Assembly: GCF_049667265.1 (NCBI RefSeq)
Contig: NZ_JBATHX010000164.1
Location: forward strand, 1-47,790
From: Algibacter sp.
GTDB taxonomy: Bacteria; Bacteroidota; Bacteroidia; Flavobacteriales; Flavobacteriaceae
Length of the DNA stretch: 47,790 nucleotides
Direction of reading: 5' to 3'
Positions 1-8,672 of the stretch are shown here, piece after piece. The notes beneath the pieces are model-generated. The model had not been told where the DNA came from, searched no databases, and worked only from the letters and a program-made list of their open reading frames with translations. Position 1 is the stretch's first letter. Every line of letters starts with the position of its first letter. Position numbers and translations under genes: made by a program.

Positions 1-44
1 GTTCAGGTGAGTATAATCTTCAATATTTAAAAACATCTAAATAA
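1..44 (+). CDS. 3' end of an upstream gene (partial; ...SGEYNLQYLKTSK*), possibly a glycoside hydrolase such as GH78
   Basis: Open frame from position 3 to TAA at 42-44, ending 7 nt before the next ATG. The SGxY ending resembles GH78 C-termini (compare PGTYQF and PGNYKF of the two GH78s here). Too short to be sure. Confidence 0.35.
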   Translation, partial: SGEYNLQYLKTSK

Positions 45-51
45 GATTGAT

Positions 52-1434
52 ATGAAAGCTGCTGGCATTATACTTTTATTTATTCTATTAAATTCATGTG
101 GTAATACTACAAAACAATCAAGTCTTGCAGCAAGTGAAACAGTTGAATTAAGACAACCAGAAATTGTTGAACAAATAGTTGTTGATTCAGTTTGGGCTGC
201 CAACGGTGTTGGTTTTGATTTGAAAACCGTCAATGACAAACAATTCATAGCTTATTTCGATAGTAAAAGGATGATGACGGTTGCTTCAAGAGAAATTGGT
301 AGTAATCATTGGACAAAAAAAACACTTCCAAACCAACTTATATGGGATTCGCATAATTCTGTAAAATTAGGCATCGATGAGTTAGGTTATATTCATGTAA
401 GTGGTAACCAGCATGTAGATCCGTTAGCATATTTTAGAAGCACAAAATCGTTTGATGTCAATACTATGGTTGCCATAAACAAAATGGTAGGTCAGGACGA
501 AGGAAGTGTAACATACCCCAATTTTTTCCATGATAAAACAGGAAGTTTGCTATTTTCTTACCGCTCTGGAACATGTGGTAACGGCAATATATTAATCAAT
601 AGATATTTGCCAAAAGAAGAAAAATGGGAGCGCTACTTAGAGCAGCCTTTGTTTGAAGGTATAGAGGCTAATGACGATCGCGCAGCCTATCATCATTGGG
701 TAAAAGACGCCAATGGCGATTTTCATTTTGCTTGGATTTGGCGTTGGACACCAGCTGTTGAAACTAGTCATAATATTTGTTACGCTAAAACATCAGATTT
801 AAAAAATTGGACAAATGCTGCGGGAGACAAAGTGACCCCTCCTTTTAGACCAGAAGATGAAAAAGTTTTAGTGGACCCAACACCATCAAAAGGCGGGATG
901 CATAATAGTAGATATAAACTAATTTTAACTAAAAATAACGAGCCCATTATTGGCTACGTTAAATATGATGAAGCAGGAAATACTCAGCTCTATCTCGCTA
1001 AATTTAATAATGGTGAATGGCTGACTAAGCAAATATCAAACTGGGATTTTCGTTGGAAATTTATTGATGGTGGTGCTTTTATGACTATTGGTGGAAAATT
1101 TGAATTTATTGGTATTTCCGATGACGGCATTATGGCCATTAATTGGGAAACCGAAAAAGGCGATTCAGGTCGTTATACCATCGATATAGAAACTCTAACA
1201 CATACCGATAAGGTAGCTAATATTCAACTTAAATATCCTGAGGATTTCAGAAAGCCCATGACCAATAGAAATGGCATGAATGTGAGAATAGCTTATGATC
1301 AAACTGCGATGCAATCAAATGGTTCAAGATATCTACTTAAATGGGAAGCGAAACACGGTGGTTTTAGGCAGCACGCACCAGAGGTTATTCCAGACGGCCC
1401 CTTAAGTGCTTTAGTTTTATTAAAAATAGAGTAA
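52..1434 (+). CDS. PL25-like ulvan lyase (BNR-4 beta-propeller), lipoprotein
   Basis: Lipobox LNSC. Motifs WDSHNSVKLGIDELGYIHVSGNQHVDPL, VTYPNF, YRSGTCGNG and HFAWIWRWTP resemble PL25 ulvan lyases as I recall them. Ulvan-PUL context. Confidence 0.8.
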   Translation: MKAAGIILLFILLNSCGNTTKQSSLAASETVELRQPEIVEQIVVDSVWAANGVGFDLKTVNDKQFIAYFDSKRMMTVASREIGSNHWTKKTLPNQLIWDSHNSVKLGIDELGYIHVSGNQHVDPLAYFRSTKSFDVNTMVAINKMVGQDEGSVTYPNFFHDKTGSLLFSYRSGTCGNGNILINRYLPKEEKWERYLEQPLFEGIEANDDRAAYHHWVKDANGDFHFAWIWRWTPAVETSHNICYAKTSDLKNWTNAAGDKVTPPFRPEDEKVLVDPTPSKGGMHNSRYKLILTKNNEPIIGYVKYDEAGNTQLYLAKFNNGEWLTKQISNWDFRWKFIDGGAFMTIGGKFEFIGISDDGIMAINWETEKGDSGRYTIDIETLTHTDKVANIQLKYPEDFRKPMTNRNGMNVRIAYDQTAMQSNGSRYLLKWEAKHGGFRQHAPEVIPDGPLSALVLLKIE

Positions 1435-1474
1435 TAATCCTATTTATAAACGCTTGATAAATAATTTTTGCGAC

Positions 1475-1557
1475 TTGACGCTCCTAAGGTCGGGTCAGGC
1501 TTTAGCTGTGTTCCCGACAAACATCTTAATCAAACATGCCATTCGATTCTAATCGCA
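1475..1557 (+). repeat. Degenerate copy of Flavo-1-like structured repeat
   Basis: ttgacgctcc..gggtcaggcttt...caaacatgcc.ttcgattctaatcgca aligns by eye with the copies at 8474 and 39481. Confidence 0.55.
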
Positions 1558-1607
1558 GGAAAACCTGCTATAATTTGTATTTCTTCTCTACTTTATACGA
1601 TACAGTA

Positions 1608-1625
1608 CCATATAGAGCAGGATAC
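1608..1625 (+). promoter_or_regulatory. PUL regulon site (CCATATAG-N2-CAGGATAC)
   Basis: Exact CAGGATAC at 1618-1625, 54 nt before the ATG at 1672. No convincing -7 element at the usual 19-nt spacing. Confidence 0.5.
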
Positions 1626-1671
1626 TTTTTTGAAACCAATTAAGTATTATTACTTCCTAAGAAATACATAA

Positions 1672-2622
1672 ATGAAAAATAAAATTACAATTACCACAAT
1701 TATTACTCTTTTAACCTTTGCTATAGGTGTATATGCGCAGACAGCTACATGCAATGGAACATTACCTTTTGAAGAGCAGAATGGGTTATTAACTATAGAA
1801 ATGGAATCTGGAATTATTAACGATAATCGCTGGCAAATAGGTTCAGAAACTGTTAATGGTGAAGATATCACATATTTATATTGGACGGGGGCACAATCTT
1901 TTAATGCACTTTCTAACGCGTCAATTGTTTATAAAATTAAAATTAATAACCCAGGAACCTATCGGTTTGCTTGGAGAATGCGAGTAGGTTTAGGAACTAG
2001 TCCTGGAGAGCATAATGACGCATGGTTAAAGATTGATGGCGAAGATTTTTATGGCATTAAAAGCGGCGCCAAAGTATATCCAAAACCAATGTGTGAGAAT
2101 GATACAAATTTAACTTGTGCTGAAGGAAGTTCTACTCAAAACTTTATTAAGGCCTTTGGAAACAGGTTAGATTGGGGTTTTGTAACCAATACAAATGATG
2201 GCGATTCGCACAGAGTATGGGTTACCTTTAATGAAGCTAAAGAATATAACATTACTGTAGATGCTAGGTCATCATATTTATTTATTGATAAAATGGTATT
2301 GCATCGTAATACAGTTTCAGGAACCACAGCATTCGATTTATCGAACGCTGAATCCTCCTGTTATGAAGCTTTATCTACTAGTAAAAATAAGTTAGCGAAT
2401 ATAAAAGTATACCCAAACCCAACAAAGGGACTTGTAAATTTTGATAACTTACCAGTTAATACAACGTTAATTCTATCTAATATACTAGGTGCAACTGTAA
2501 AAACGGTTCATACGTCTTCAAGAAAGCAAACTATGGATATCAGCGATTTAAAAAGTGGGGTTTATTTTTTAACTAGTAATACCACTAATTCTAGTTTTGT
2601 CAAAAAAATTATAAAAATATAA
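1672..2622 (+). CDS. T9SS (type A CTD) secreted protein with an uncharacterised beta-sandwich/CBM-like domain
   Basis: Signal peptide ending YAQ. C-terminal KVYPNPT...LKSGVYFL...VKKIIK is a typical T9SS CTD. The N-terminal domain is paralogous to 11202-12515. Confidence 0.85.
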   Translation: MKNKITITTIITLLTFAIGVYAQTATCNGTLPFEEQNGLLTIEMESGIINDNRWQIGSETVNGEDITYLYWTGAQSFNALSNASIVYKIKINNPGTYRFAWRMRVGLGTSPGEHNDAWLKIDGEDFYGIKSGAKVYPKPMCENDTNLTCAEGSSTQNFIKAFGNRLDWGFVTNTNDGDSHRVWVTFNEAKEYNITVDARSSYLFIDKMVLHRNTVSGTTAFDLSNAESSCYEALSTSKNKLANIKVYPNPTKGLVNFDNLPVNTTLILSNILGATVKTVHTSSRKQTMDISDLKSGVYFLTSNTTNSSFVKKIIKI

Positions 2623-2654
2623 TATCATAAATTTTCAATAAAAACAACTCACTT

Positions 2655-2745
2655 ATGGGCTTTAGCCAAAAGGATTTGGGCTTTCTGTTAATAGTTTTGG
2701 CGCGATTTTCGCTTCGCTAAAAGCTGCCTATACGGCACTAACACG
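2655..2745 (+). repeat. Highly degenerate Flavo-1-like repeat copy
   Basis: tgggc..cc-aaaa-gg..gggcttt start, central hairpin agttttggcg...cgctaaaagct, and 3' cactaacacg. Same order of elements as the other copies. Confidence 0.4.
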
Positions 2746-2813
2746 AACATAAAAGGTAAAGTTTAGGATTTGTATTTAATAGAATAAACCCTGTATATTA
2801 AAACAGATAATTC

Positions 2814-4406
2814 ATGTGTAATTTTAAATTTTATAAATATTTTATCATAATACTATCAGTTTTAGGGTGTCAAAAAAACACAAAAAATATTATAGAAATT
2901 GCTAAACCTAACATCTTATTCATTCTTGTTGACGACCTAGGCTACCACGATCTGGGCGTTACAGGAAGTACATATTACGAAACTCCAAACGTAGATAAAC
3001 TAGCAAACGAAGGCATGATTTTTACACAAGGTTATGCTGCGAGTCAGGTTTGCAGTCCGTCACGCGCTAGTATCATGACAGGTAAATTTACTGCAAGGCA
3101 CGGCATTACAGATTGGATAGGTGCAAAAACAGGGGAGGACTGGCGCACCAAAAATCACTACGATAAATTATTACCAGCAGACTATGTTCATGTTTTACCA
3201 CAAAATGATATTACCATTGCCGAAGCTTTTAAAATCAGTGGTTATAAAACTTTTTTTGCAGGGAAGTGGCATTTAGGGGGGAAAGGCTCTTATCCCGAGG
3301 ATCATGGATTCGATATTAATATAGCTGGTATAGATGCAGGATCACCAAGAGGTGGTTTTTTCTCCCCATGGAATAACCCCAAATTAGAAAACAAAAAGAA
3401 AGGAGAAAACCTAACCATGCGTTTGGCTCAAGAAACTGCTAGTTTTATTGAGAAACATAAAGATTCGGTTTTTTTCGCTTTTTTATCCTTTTATGCAGTA
3501 CATGCACCTATTCAAACTACAGAATCCAAGTGGGCAAAATACCGCAATAAAGCAGATAGTATGGGAATAGCAGAGTCTGGCTATAAAATGGAACGTGTAC
3601 TGCCTATTCGTCAAGTGCAAGACAATCCCGTTTATGGTGGTTTAGTAGAAACTATGGATGACGCCGTTGGTGTTGTTTTAAAAGCATTAAAAGACAACGG
3701 ATTAGATAAAAATACTATTGTGGTTTTTACTTCCGATAATGGAGGTGTTGCATCGGGCGATCATTACGCCACCAGTAATTTACCGCTTAGAGGGGGAAAA
3801 GGTTATCAATGGGAAGGTGGTATTAGAGAACCCTTTTTTATAAAAGTGCCGTGGTTAAAACACGCAGGTGCATCAACAGGATTTCCAGTTATTAATACTG
3901 ATTTTTATCCCACTTTGTTAGATTTAGCAAATGTGCCCTTAAACCCCGAACAACATAAAGATGGTATAAGTTTAAAACCACTATTAGAAGGTAATAATTT
4001 AGAGGTAAACAGACCATTATATTGGCACTATCCGCATTACGGAAATCAAGGTGGCGAACCAACCTCTATAATTCAAAAAGAAGGTTGGAAATTAATCCAT
4101 TATTGGGAAGATGGGCATGAAGAGTTGTATAAATTACCATCAACAGAAGAAGATGATTTAAATGTGCTTTCTAAAAATTCTGAAATAGCCATTGAAATGA
4201 GTGGTGAATTATTGAGTTGGTTAATAGAAGTAGGTGCAAAATATCCTGAAAAAGATATTCAATATGATAGCCTTAAAGCCCAAAAAAGGTATTCTAATAT
4301 AGTAAATCAAAAATGGACTTCTTTAGAGAGAGCTAGATTTGATGTGCTTTCAAAAGATTTTCAACCTAATGACAATTGGTGGAAAAGTAAGCTAACGGAA
4401 GATTAA
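2814..4406 (+). CDS. Formylglycine-dependent (S1) sulfatase, lipoprotein
   Basis: PNILFILVDDLG, CSPSRASIMTG (CxPxR), GKWHLG, FTSDNGG, EGGIREP. Lipobox VLGC. Confidence 0.95.
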   Translation: MCNFKFYKYFIIILSVLGCQKNTKNIIEIAKPNILFILVDDLGYHDLGVTGSTYYETPNVDKLANEGMIFTQGYAASQVCSPSRASIMTGKFTARHGITDWIGAKTGEDWRTKNHYDKLLPADYVHVLPQNDITIAEAFKISGYKTFFAGKWHLGGKGSYPEDHGFDINIAGIDAGSPRGGFFSPWNNPKLENKKKGENLTMRLAQETASFIEKHKDSVFFAFLSFYAVHAPIQTTESKWAKYRNKADSMGIAESGYKMERVLPIRQVQDNPVYGGLVETMDDAVGVVLKALKDNGLDKNTIVVFTSDNGGVASGDHYATSNLPLRGGKGYQWEGGIREPFFIKVPWLKHAGASTGFPVINTDFYPTLLDLANVPLNPEQHKDGISLKPLLEGNNLEVNRPLYWHYPHYGNQGGEPTSIIQKEGWKLIHYWEDGHEELYKLPSTEEDDLNVLSKNSEIAIEMSGELLSWLIEVGAKYPEKDIQYDSLKAQKRYSNIVNQKWTSLERARFDVLSKDFQPNDNWWKSKLTED

Positions 4407-4430
4407 AACATTCATTAAAAAAAAAACATT

Positions 4431-5186
4431 ATGCGTTCAATATTTTATGTAATACTGTGTAGTCTCATGATAAGTTTTTCATCATGTAAAAGTGCATCCA
4501 CAGAAAAGGAAGACAAATTTCAATCCATATTTAATGGTGAAGATATGGAAGGATGGAGCGGAGACCCTGTATATTGGCGCGTTGAAAATGGAATTTTAAT
4601 AGGAGAGGTAACACCGGAAACGATTTTAAAACGTAATTCTTTTATAATTTATGAAAAAGAACAGCCAGAGAATTTTGAATTGAAATTGGAATATAGAATA
4701 ACTGAATCTGGAAATAGTGGCATCAATTACAGAAGTGAAATTATTGAGACCATGCCTTTTGCCTTGCGAGGCTATCAATGTGATATTGATGGTAAAAATA
4801 AATATACTGGTCAAAACTACGAAGAGAAAAAAAGAACCACATTGGCATATATGGGAGAAATAGTAACTATTCCGCAGATGCCAGATAGTATTCCTAAAAG
4901 TAACTTGCGTAAAAATGTAATTAAAAATTGCTGGCAATCTAGAAATATTATAGAAACTAACCCTAAATCACAGCTAAAATCAATTATCAAATCCAATGAT
5001 TGGAATTCCGTTCACCTTATAGTAAAAGATAATATAATGGAACATTATATAAATGGTAAATTGATTAGTAAGGTAACTGATTTAGATTCAGTCAATAGGT
5101 CTAATAAGGGATATATAGGTGTCCAGGTGCATGTAGGTCCACCCATGAAGGTTGAGTTTAAGAATTTAAAATTAAAGCAATTATAA
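4431..5186 (+). CDS. DUF1080 (3-keto-disaccharide hydrolase family) lipoprotein
   Basis: IFNGEDMEGW, NFELKLEY, GNSGINYR, GYQCDID, GYIGVQVH, VEFKNLKLK. Lipobox FSSC. Confidence 0.9.
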   Translation: MRSIFYVILCSLMISFSSCKSASTEKEDKFQSIFNGEDMEGWSGDPVYWRVENGILIGEVTPETILKRNSFIIYEKEQPENFELKLEYRITESGNSGINYRSEIIETMPFALRGYQCDIDGKNKYTGQNYEEKKRTTLAYMGEIVTIPQMPDSIPKSNLRKNVIKNCWQSRNIIETNPKSQLKSIIKSNDWNSVHLIVKDNIMEHYINGKLISKVTDLDSVNRSNKGYIGVQVHVGPPMKVEFKNLKLKQL

Positions 5187-5208
5187 TCTTGGTAATATAT
5201 TTAAATTA

Positions 5209-5474
5209 CACATACTTTGGTATTATGATGAACCAATTTTAAGAGCTTCAGGTGTAACTAAAAAACAGATGGACGAATAAATGGACAATGAACTTCAGAC
5301 CGTTTTGAAAATAGATGGAAAGATGCAGTTAATGCAAATTTAATGAACTATGCCGAAATGCCAAAGTTGCCAAAAACTATTACAGATTTCATAATAAAAA
5401 AGCATGAAGTAAACCTGACCTTAAAAGTAGATTTAGAGCCTCATAGTGTGAAGCTTATAGAATTAATACCATAA
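5209..5474 (+). pseudogene. Probable 3' remnant of a deleted gene (ends ...LKVDLEPHSVKLIELIP*)
   Basis: Open frame 5292-5474 (TSDRFENRWKDAVNANLMNYAEMPKLPKTITDFIIKKHEVNLTLKVDLEPHSVKLIELIP*) follows an in-frame TGA. A protein-like piece lies in another frame upstream (HILWYYDEPILRASGVTKKQMDE*). The stop is 9 nt before the GH2 ATG. Confidence 0.55.
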
Positions 5475-5483
5475 TAGATAATA

Positions 5484-8459
5484 ATGATTAGAATAAAAAT
5501 TTTAAGGGCTATGTTTTTATGTATAATAGGAACTGGCATTTTTTCTTGTATTAGTAAAAAGGAAAGTGTAGTACATATTTCTGAAGAACCTCGAACTAAG
5601 TATAACTTTAACTTAGATTGGAAGTTTATTAAGCAAAACCCAGAAAATGCGCAAGAATTAGGTTTTAATGACGCTTCTTGGGAAACCATAAGTTGCCCAC
5701 ATACCTTTAATGATATCGACACGTTTGATGATTTAAGTCATGGACATCATGATGGGGAAGATAACCATTGGAGAGGTACAGTTTGGTATCGCAAACATTT
5801 TAAATTGCCAGAAGAAGATTCTGGTAAAAAAGTATTTGTAGAGTTTGAATCCGTGCGCCAAATTGCTGATGTATATATTAACGGAAAACATATTGGTCAA
5901 AATCAAACCGGTTTTATTCCTTTTGGTTTTGATTTAACGCCACATCTTAAATTTGGGAAAAATAATGTATTAGCTGTAAAAGTGAATAATGACCGTGGTG
6001 ACCATTTTAGAGAAAATTTTCCTTTAGTATGGCATCATGAACATTGGCATCCTAATCATGGCGGTATTTACAGAAATGTATTTCTTCATGTTATGGAACC
6101 ACTTCATATTACGCTTCCTCTTTACGATAATTTAGAAACCCTCGGCACTTATGTATATGCCGAAAACATTACGGCAGAAAATGCCGATGTTACAATAAAC
6201 GCCGAAGTTCAAAATGAATACCCAGAATCCAAAAATGTGGTATATGTAGCTAAAATTATAGATGATGATGGAAAAGTTGTAGCGGTAACATCTTCAGAAA
6301 AAAGTATGGCTGCTGGTGAGAAATTTACTTTTTCGGCCAAAACAAGTGTTACAAATCCTAACCGTTGGTACACACGTCATCCATACATGTACAATGTAGA
6401 AACCGTATTAAAAGTTGATGGTAAAGCGATAGATTCATACAATACACCTTTAGGAATTAGAAGCTTCGATTTTAATAAAGATACTGGTTTTTCAAACAAT
6501 GGCGAATATGCCAAATTACATGGTTGGGGGCAAAAACCAACTAATTCATGGGCTGGATTAGGTGCAGCCTTACCAGATTGGTTGCGCGATTACACGTATC
6601 AGTTAATGGACGAAGCTGGAGGTAATTTTATTCGTTGGGGACATTGTGCTGGGTCACCAGCAGAAATTACTATGGGCGATAAATATGGTTTTGTAACGCT
6701 AATGCCTGGTGTAAGTGGCGAATCTCAAGATGAAGGTGAAACTTGGGACATTCGTATAAAAGCCTTTAAAGATATGATAGTTTATTATCGTAACCACCCA
6801 TCTATTTTTATTTGGGAAGGTGGTAATTGGGCTGAAACCGAAGCACATTATCAAGAAATTTTAGATGTTATCAATACATTTGATCCCAACGGAAAACGCC
6901 TTATGGGTAACCGTAGAGCAGATGTTAAGAATGATTCCGAAGGCTATGTATCCATCGAAATAGGAACCGAAGGATGGGAACGTGAATATCCAGAATTACC
7001 AGTAGTTGAAAGCGAGTATAATCGAGAAGAAGCACCAAGACGTATTTGGGATAAACAATCGCCTGATGATAATTTTTATAATCACCAAAACATTAATAAA
7101 AATACATATAAGTTAAACTCCGAAGAATTTGCAGTAAAACAAGCGGACCATTGGTGGAACAAAATGGGTAAAAAGGCATTTCATGTTGGTGGCGCCAATT
7201 GGATTTTCTCTGATGGTCCCCACGGTGGGCGTTGTCCTACAGAGGTTACCAGAGCTAGTGGAGAAGTAGATGCGGTACGCTTGCCTAAAGAAGCATTTTA
7301 CGCTTTAAAAGCCATGTGGCGACCAGAACCACAAGTGCATATTGTTGGACATTGGAATTATACTGAAGGTACGAAAAAAGACATCTTTGTAATTTCAAAT
7401 ACGGCAGGTGTTAAGCTATACGTAAACGGAAAGGTTATAGGAGAAAATAACACACCAAAAGATGGTTATGTATATCAATTTAAAAATGTGTCATGGGAAG
7501 CGGGAGAAATTAAAGCTGAGGGCTATATTAATAACGAATTAAAAGTTACTCAAACCAAAGAAACAGCTGGAGAACCTGTGGCACTTAAAGTAACACCAAT
7601 TACAGGACCAAAAGGGTGGCAAGCCGATGGCTCTGATATTGCATTAATTGATGTTGAGGTGGTTGATTCTGAAGGTAGAAGATATCCTTTAGCTAAAGGT
7701 CGAGTAGATTTTACTTTCGAAGGTGATGGCATTTGGAGAGGAGGTTATAATAGTGGTAAACCAAACTCCACCAATAATTTGTATTTAGATATTGAAGCAG
7801 GTATTAACCGTGTAGCTGTAAAATCACTATTGAAAGCAGGCTCTTCGAAAGTAACTGTAAGACAGTCAGGATTAAAATCAACAAGTATTGAACTTACATC
7901 CAACCCCGTTAAAATAAAAAACGGGTTAACAACCCAATTGCCACAAGTGTATGAAGATGTATTGACCAAAGAACCAATGCCTGCATATACACCTGAAATT
8001 CCAGAATACATACCGGGTATTAAAAACCGAAGCGAGTTATTTAAGAAGTTTAGTTATACGGGAGACGGTAAAGCCATGTTAAGAACTAACATGCATTGGG
8101 GTAAAAAAGCCCATACAGATTTGGAACATAATTATACGCATCTTCCAAGGTATGTTAACGAAGCAGAATATATAAGGACACCAAATTCTGATAATCGATA
8201 TTGGGCCAGAGATCAACTACAGTTCATTGCTGGCGTAAAAATGCATATTTACGTGTTGCATGATGATACCGTGCCAAGACCAGAATTCTTATTAAAAGAT
8301 TATAAGGATAATGGTGATAATATAAAAGTTGGAGATGTAACAATGTCAGTATTTCATCGTGTTGCCGAAGCTGGCGAAAGTATAATTATGGCTGGAAATA
8401 GTGATGGCGATGCACCAGAAAATTGTAGAATGTATACTGTAATTGGTAAGAAGTATTAA
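5484..8459 (+). CDS. GH2 family glycoside hydrolase (DUF4982 plus extra C-terminal domain), lipoprotein
   Basis: FNLDWKF, WYRKHF, VFVEFESV, GGIYRNV, LGIRSF, RNHPSIFIWEGGN, VHIVGHWN. Lipobox IFSC. Confidence 0.9.
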   Translation: MIRIKILRAMFLCIIGTGIFSCISKKESVVHISEEPRTKYNFNLDWKFIKQNPENAQELGFNDASWETISCPHTFNDIDTFDDLSHGHHDGEDNHWRGTVWYRKHFKLPEEDSGKKVFVEFESVRQIADVYINGKHIGQNQTGFIPFGFDLTPHLKFGKNNVLAVKVNNDRGDHFRENFPLVWHHEHWHPNHGGIYRNVFLHVMEPLHITLPLYDNLETLGTYVYAENITAENADVTINAEVQNEYPESKNVVYVAKIIDDDGKVVAVTSSEKSMAAGEKFTFSAKTSVTNPNRWYTRHPYMYNVETVLKVDGKAIDSYNTPLGIRSFDFNKDTGFSNNGEYAKLHGWGQKPTNSWAGLGAALPDWLRDYTYQLMDEAGGNFIRWGHCAGSPAEITMGDKYGFVTLMPGVSGESQDEGETWDIRIKAFKDMIVYYRNHPSIFIWEGGNWAETEAHYQEILDVINTFDPNGKRLMGNRRADVKNDSEGYVSIEIGTEGWEREYPELPVVESEYNREEAPRRIWDKQSPDDNFYNHQNINKNTYKLNSEEFAVKQADHWWNKMGKKAFHVGGANWIFSDGPHGGRCPTEVTRASGEVDAVRLPKEAFYALKAMWRPEPQVHIVGHWNYTEGTKKDIFVISNTAGVKLYVNGKVIGENNTPKDGYVYQFKNVSWEAGEIKAEGYINNELKVTQTKETAGEPVALKVTPITGPKGWQADGSDIALIDVEVVDSEGRRYPLAKGRVDFTFEGDGIWRGGYNSGKPNSTNNLYLDIEAGINRVAVKSLLKAGSSKVTVRQSGLKSTSIELTSNPVKIKNGLTTQLPQVYEDVLTKEPMPAYTPEIPEYIPGIKNRSELFKKFSYTGDGKAMLRTNMHWGKKAHTDLEHNYTHLPRYVNEAEYIRTPNSDNRYWARDQLQFIAGVKMHIYVLHDDTVPRPEFLLKDYKDNGDNIKVGDVTMSVFHRVAEAGESIIMAGNSDGDAPENCRMYTVIGKKY

Positions 8460-8473
8460 ATAAATAAAATTAT

Positions 8474-8574
8474 TTGGGCGTTACCCTTCGGGTCGGGCCT
8501 GCCGGCAGGCAGGCTTTCTCTACTGGTTCCCTCCTGCGTCGGGGAGCTTCAACAAATGCCTCAACCCTAACGCA
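8474..8574 (+). ncRNA. Flavo-1-like structured RNA/repeat element with palindromic insert
   Basis: ttgggcgttacc-cttcg-ggtcgggc...ttt...cctaacgc. The ends pair (gcgtt/aacgc). It contains the perfect palindrome GCCTGCCGGCAGGC (8497-8510) and shares its scaffold with 39481-39581. The Flavo-1 name is from memory. Confidence 0.7.
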
Positions 8575-8672
8575 GAAAAGTTCATTTATACAAGGCATTT
8601 CAATCTTTGTTTTTTGAATTACTCTGCAACAATTGTAATTTAAACAAATAAACGTATAATCTAAATTTATTT

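Noticed and set aside
4..11. CAGGTGAG upstream of the PL25 gene, identical to the box of the acid-sugar operon
   Set aside because: No -7 element 19 nt downstream, and it lies in what looks like the coding end of the previous gene.
1468..1671. 67-aa ORF in the track
   Set aside because: TTG start; runs through a repeat copy and a promoter box; no protein features.
2753..2801. AAGGTAAA/TAGGATTT as a regulon site for the first sulfatase
   Set aside because: Poor match, 11-nt spacing, and no -7 element at the conserved distance.
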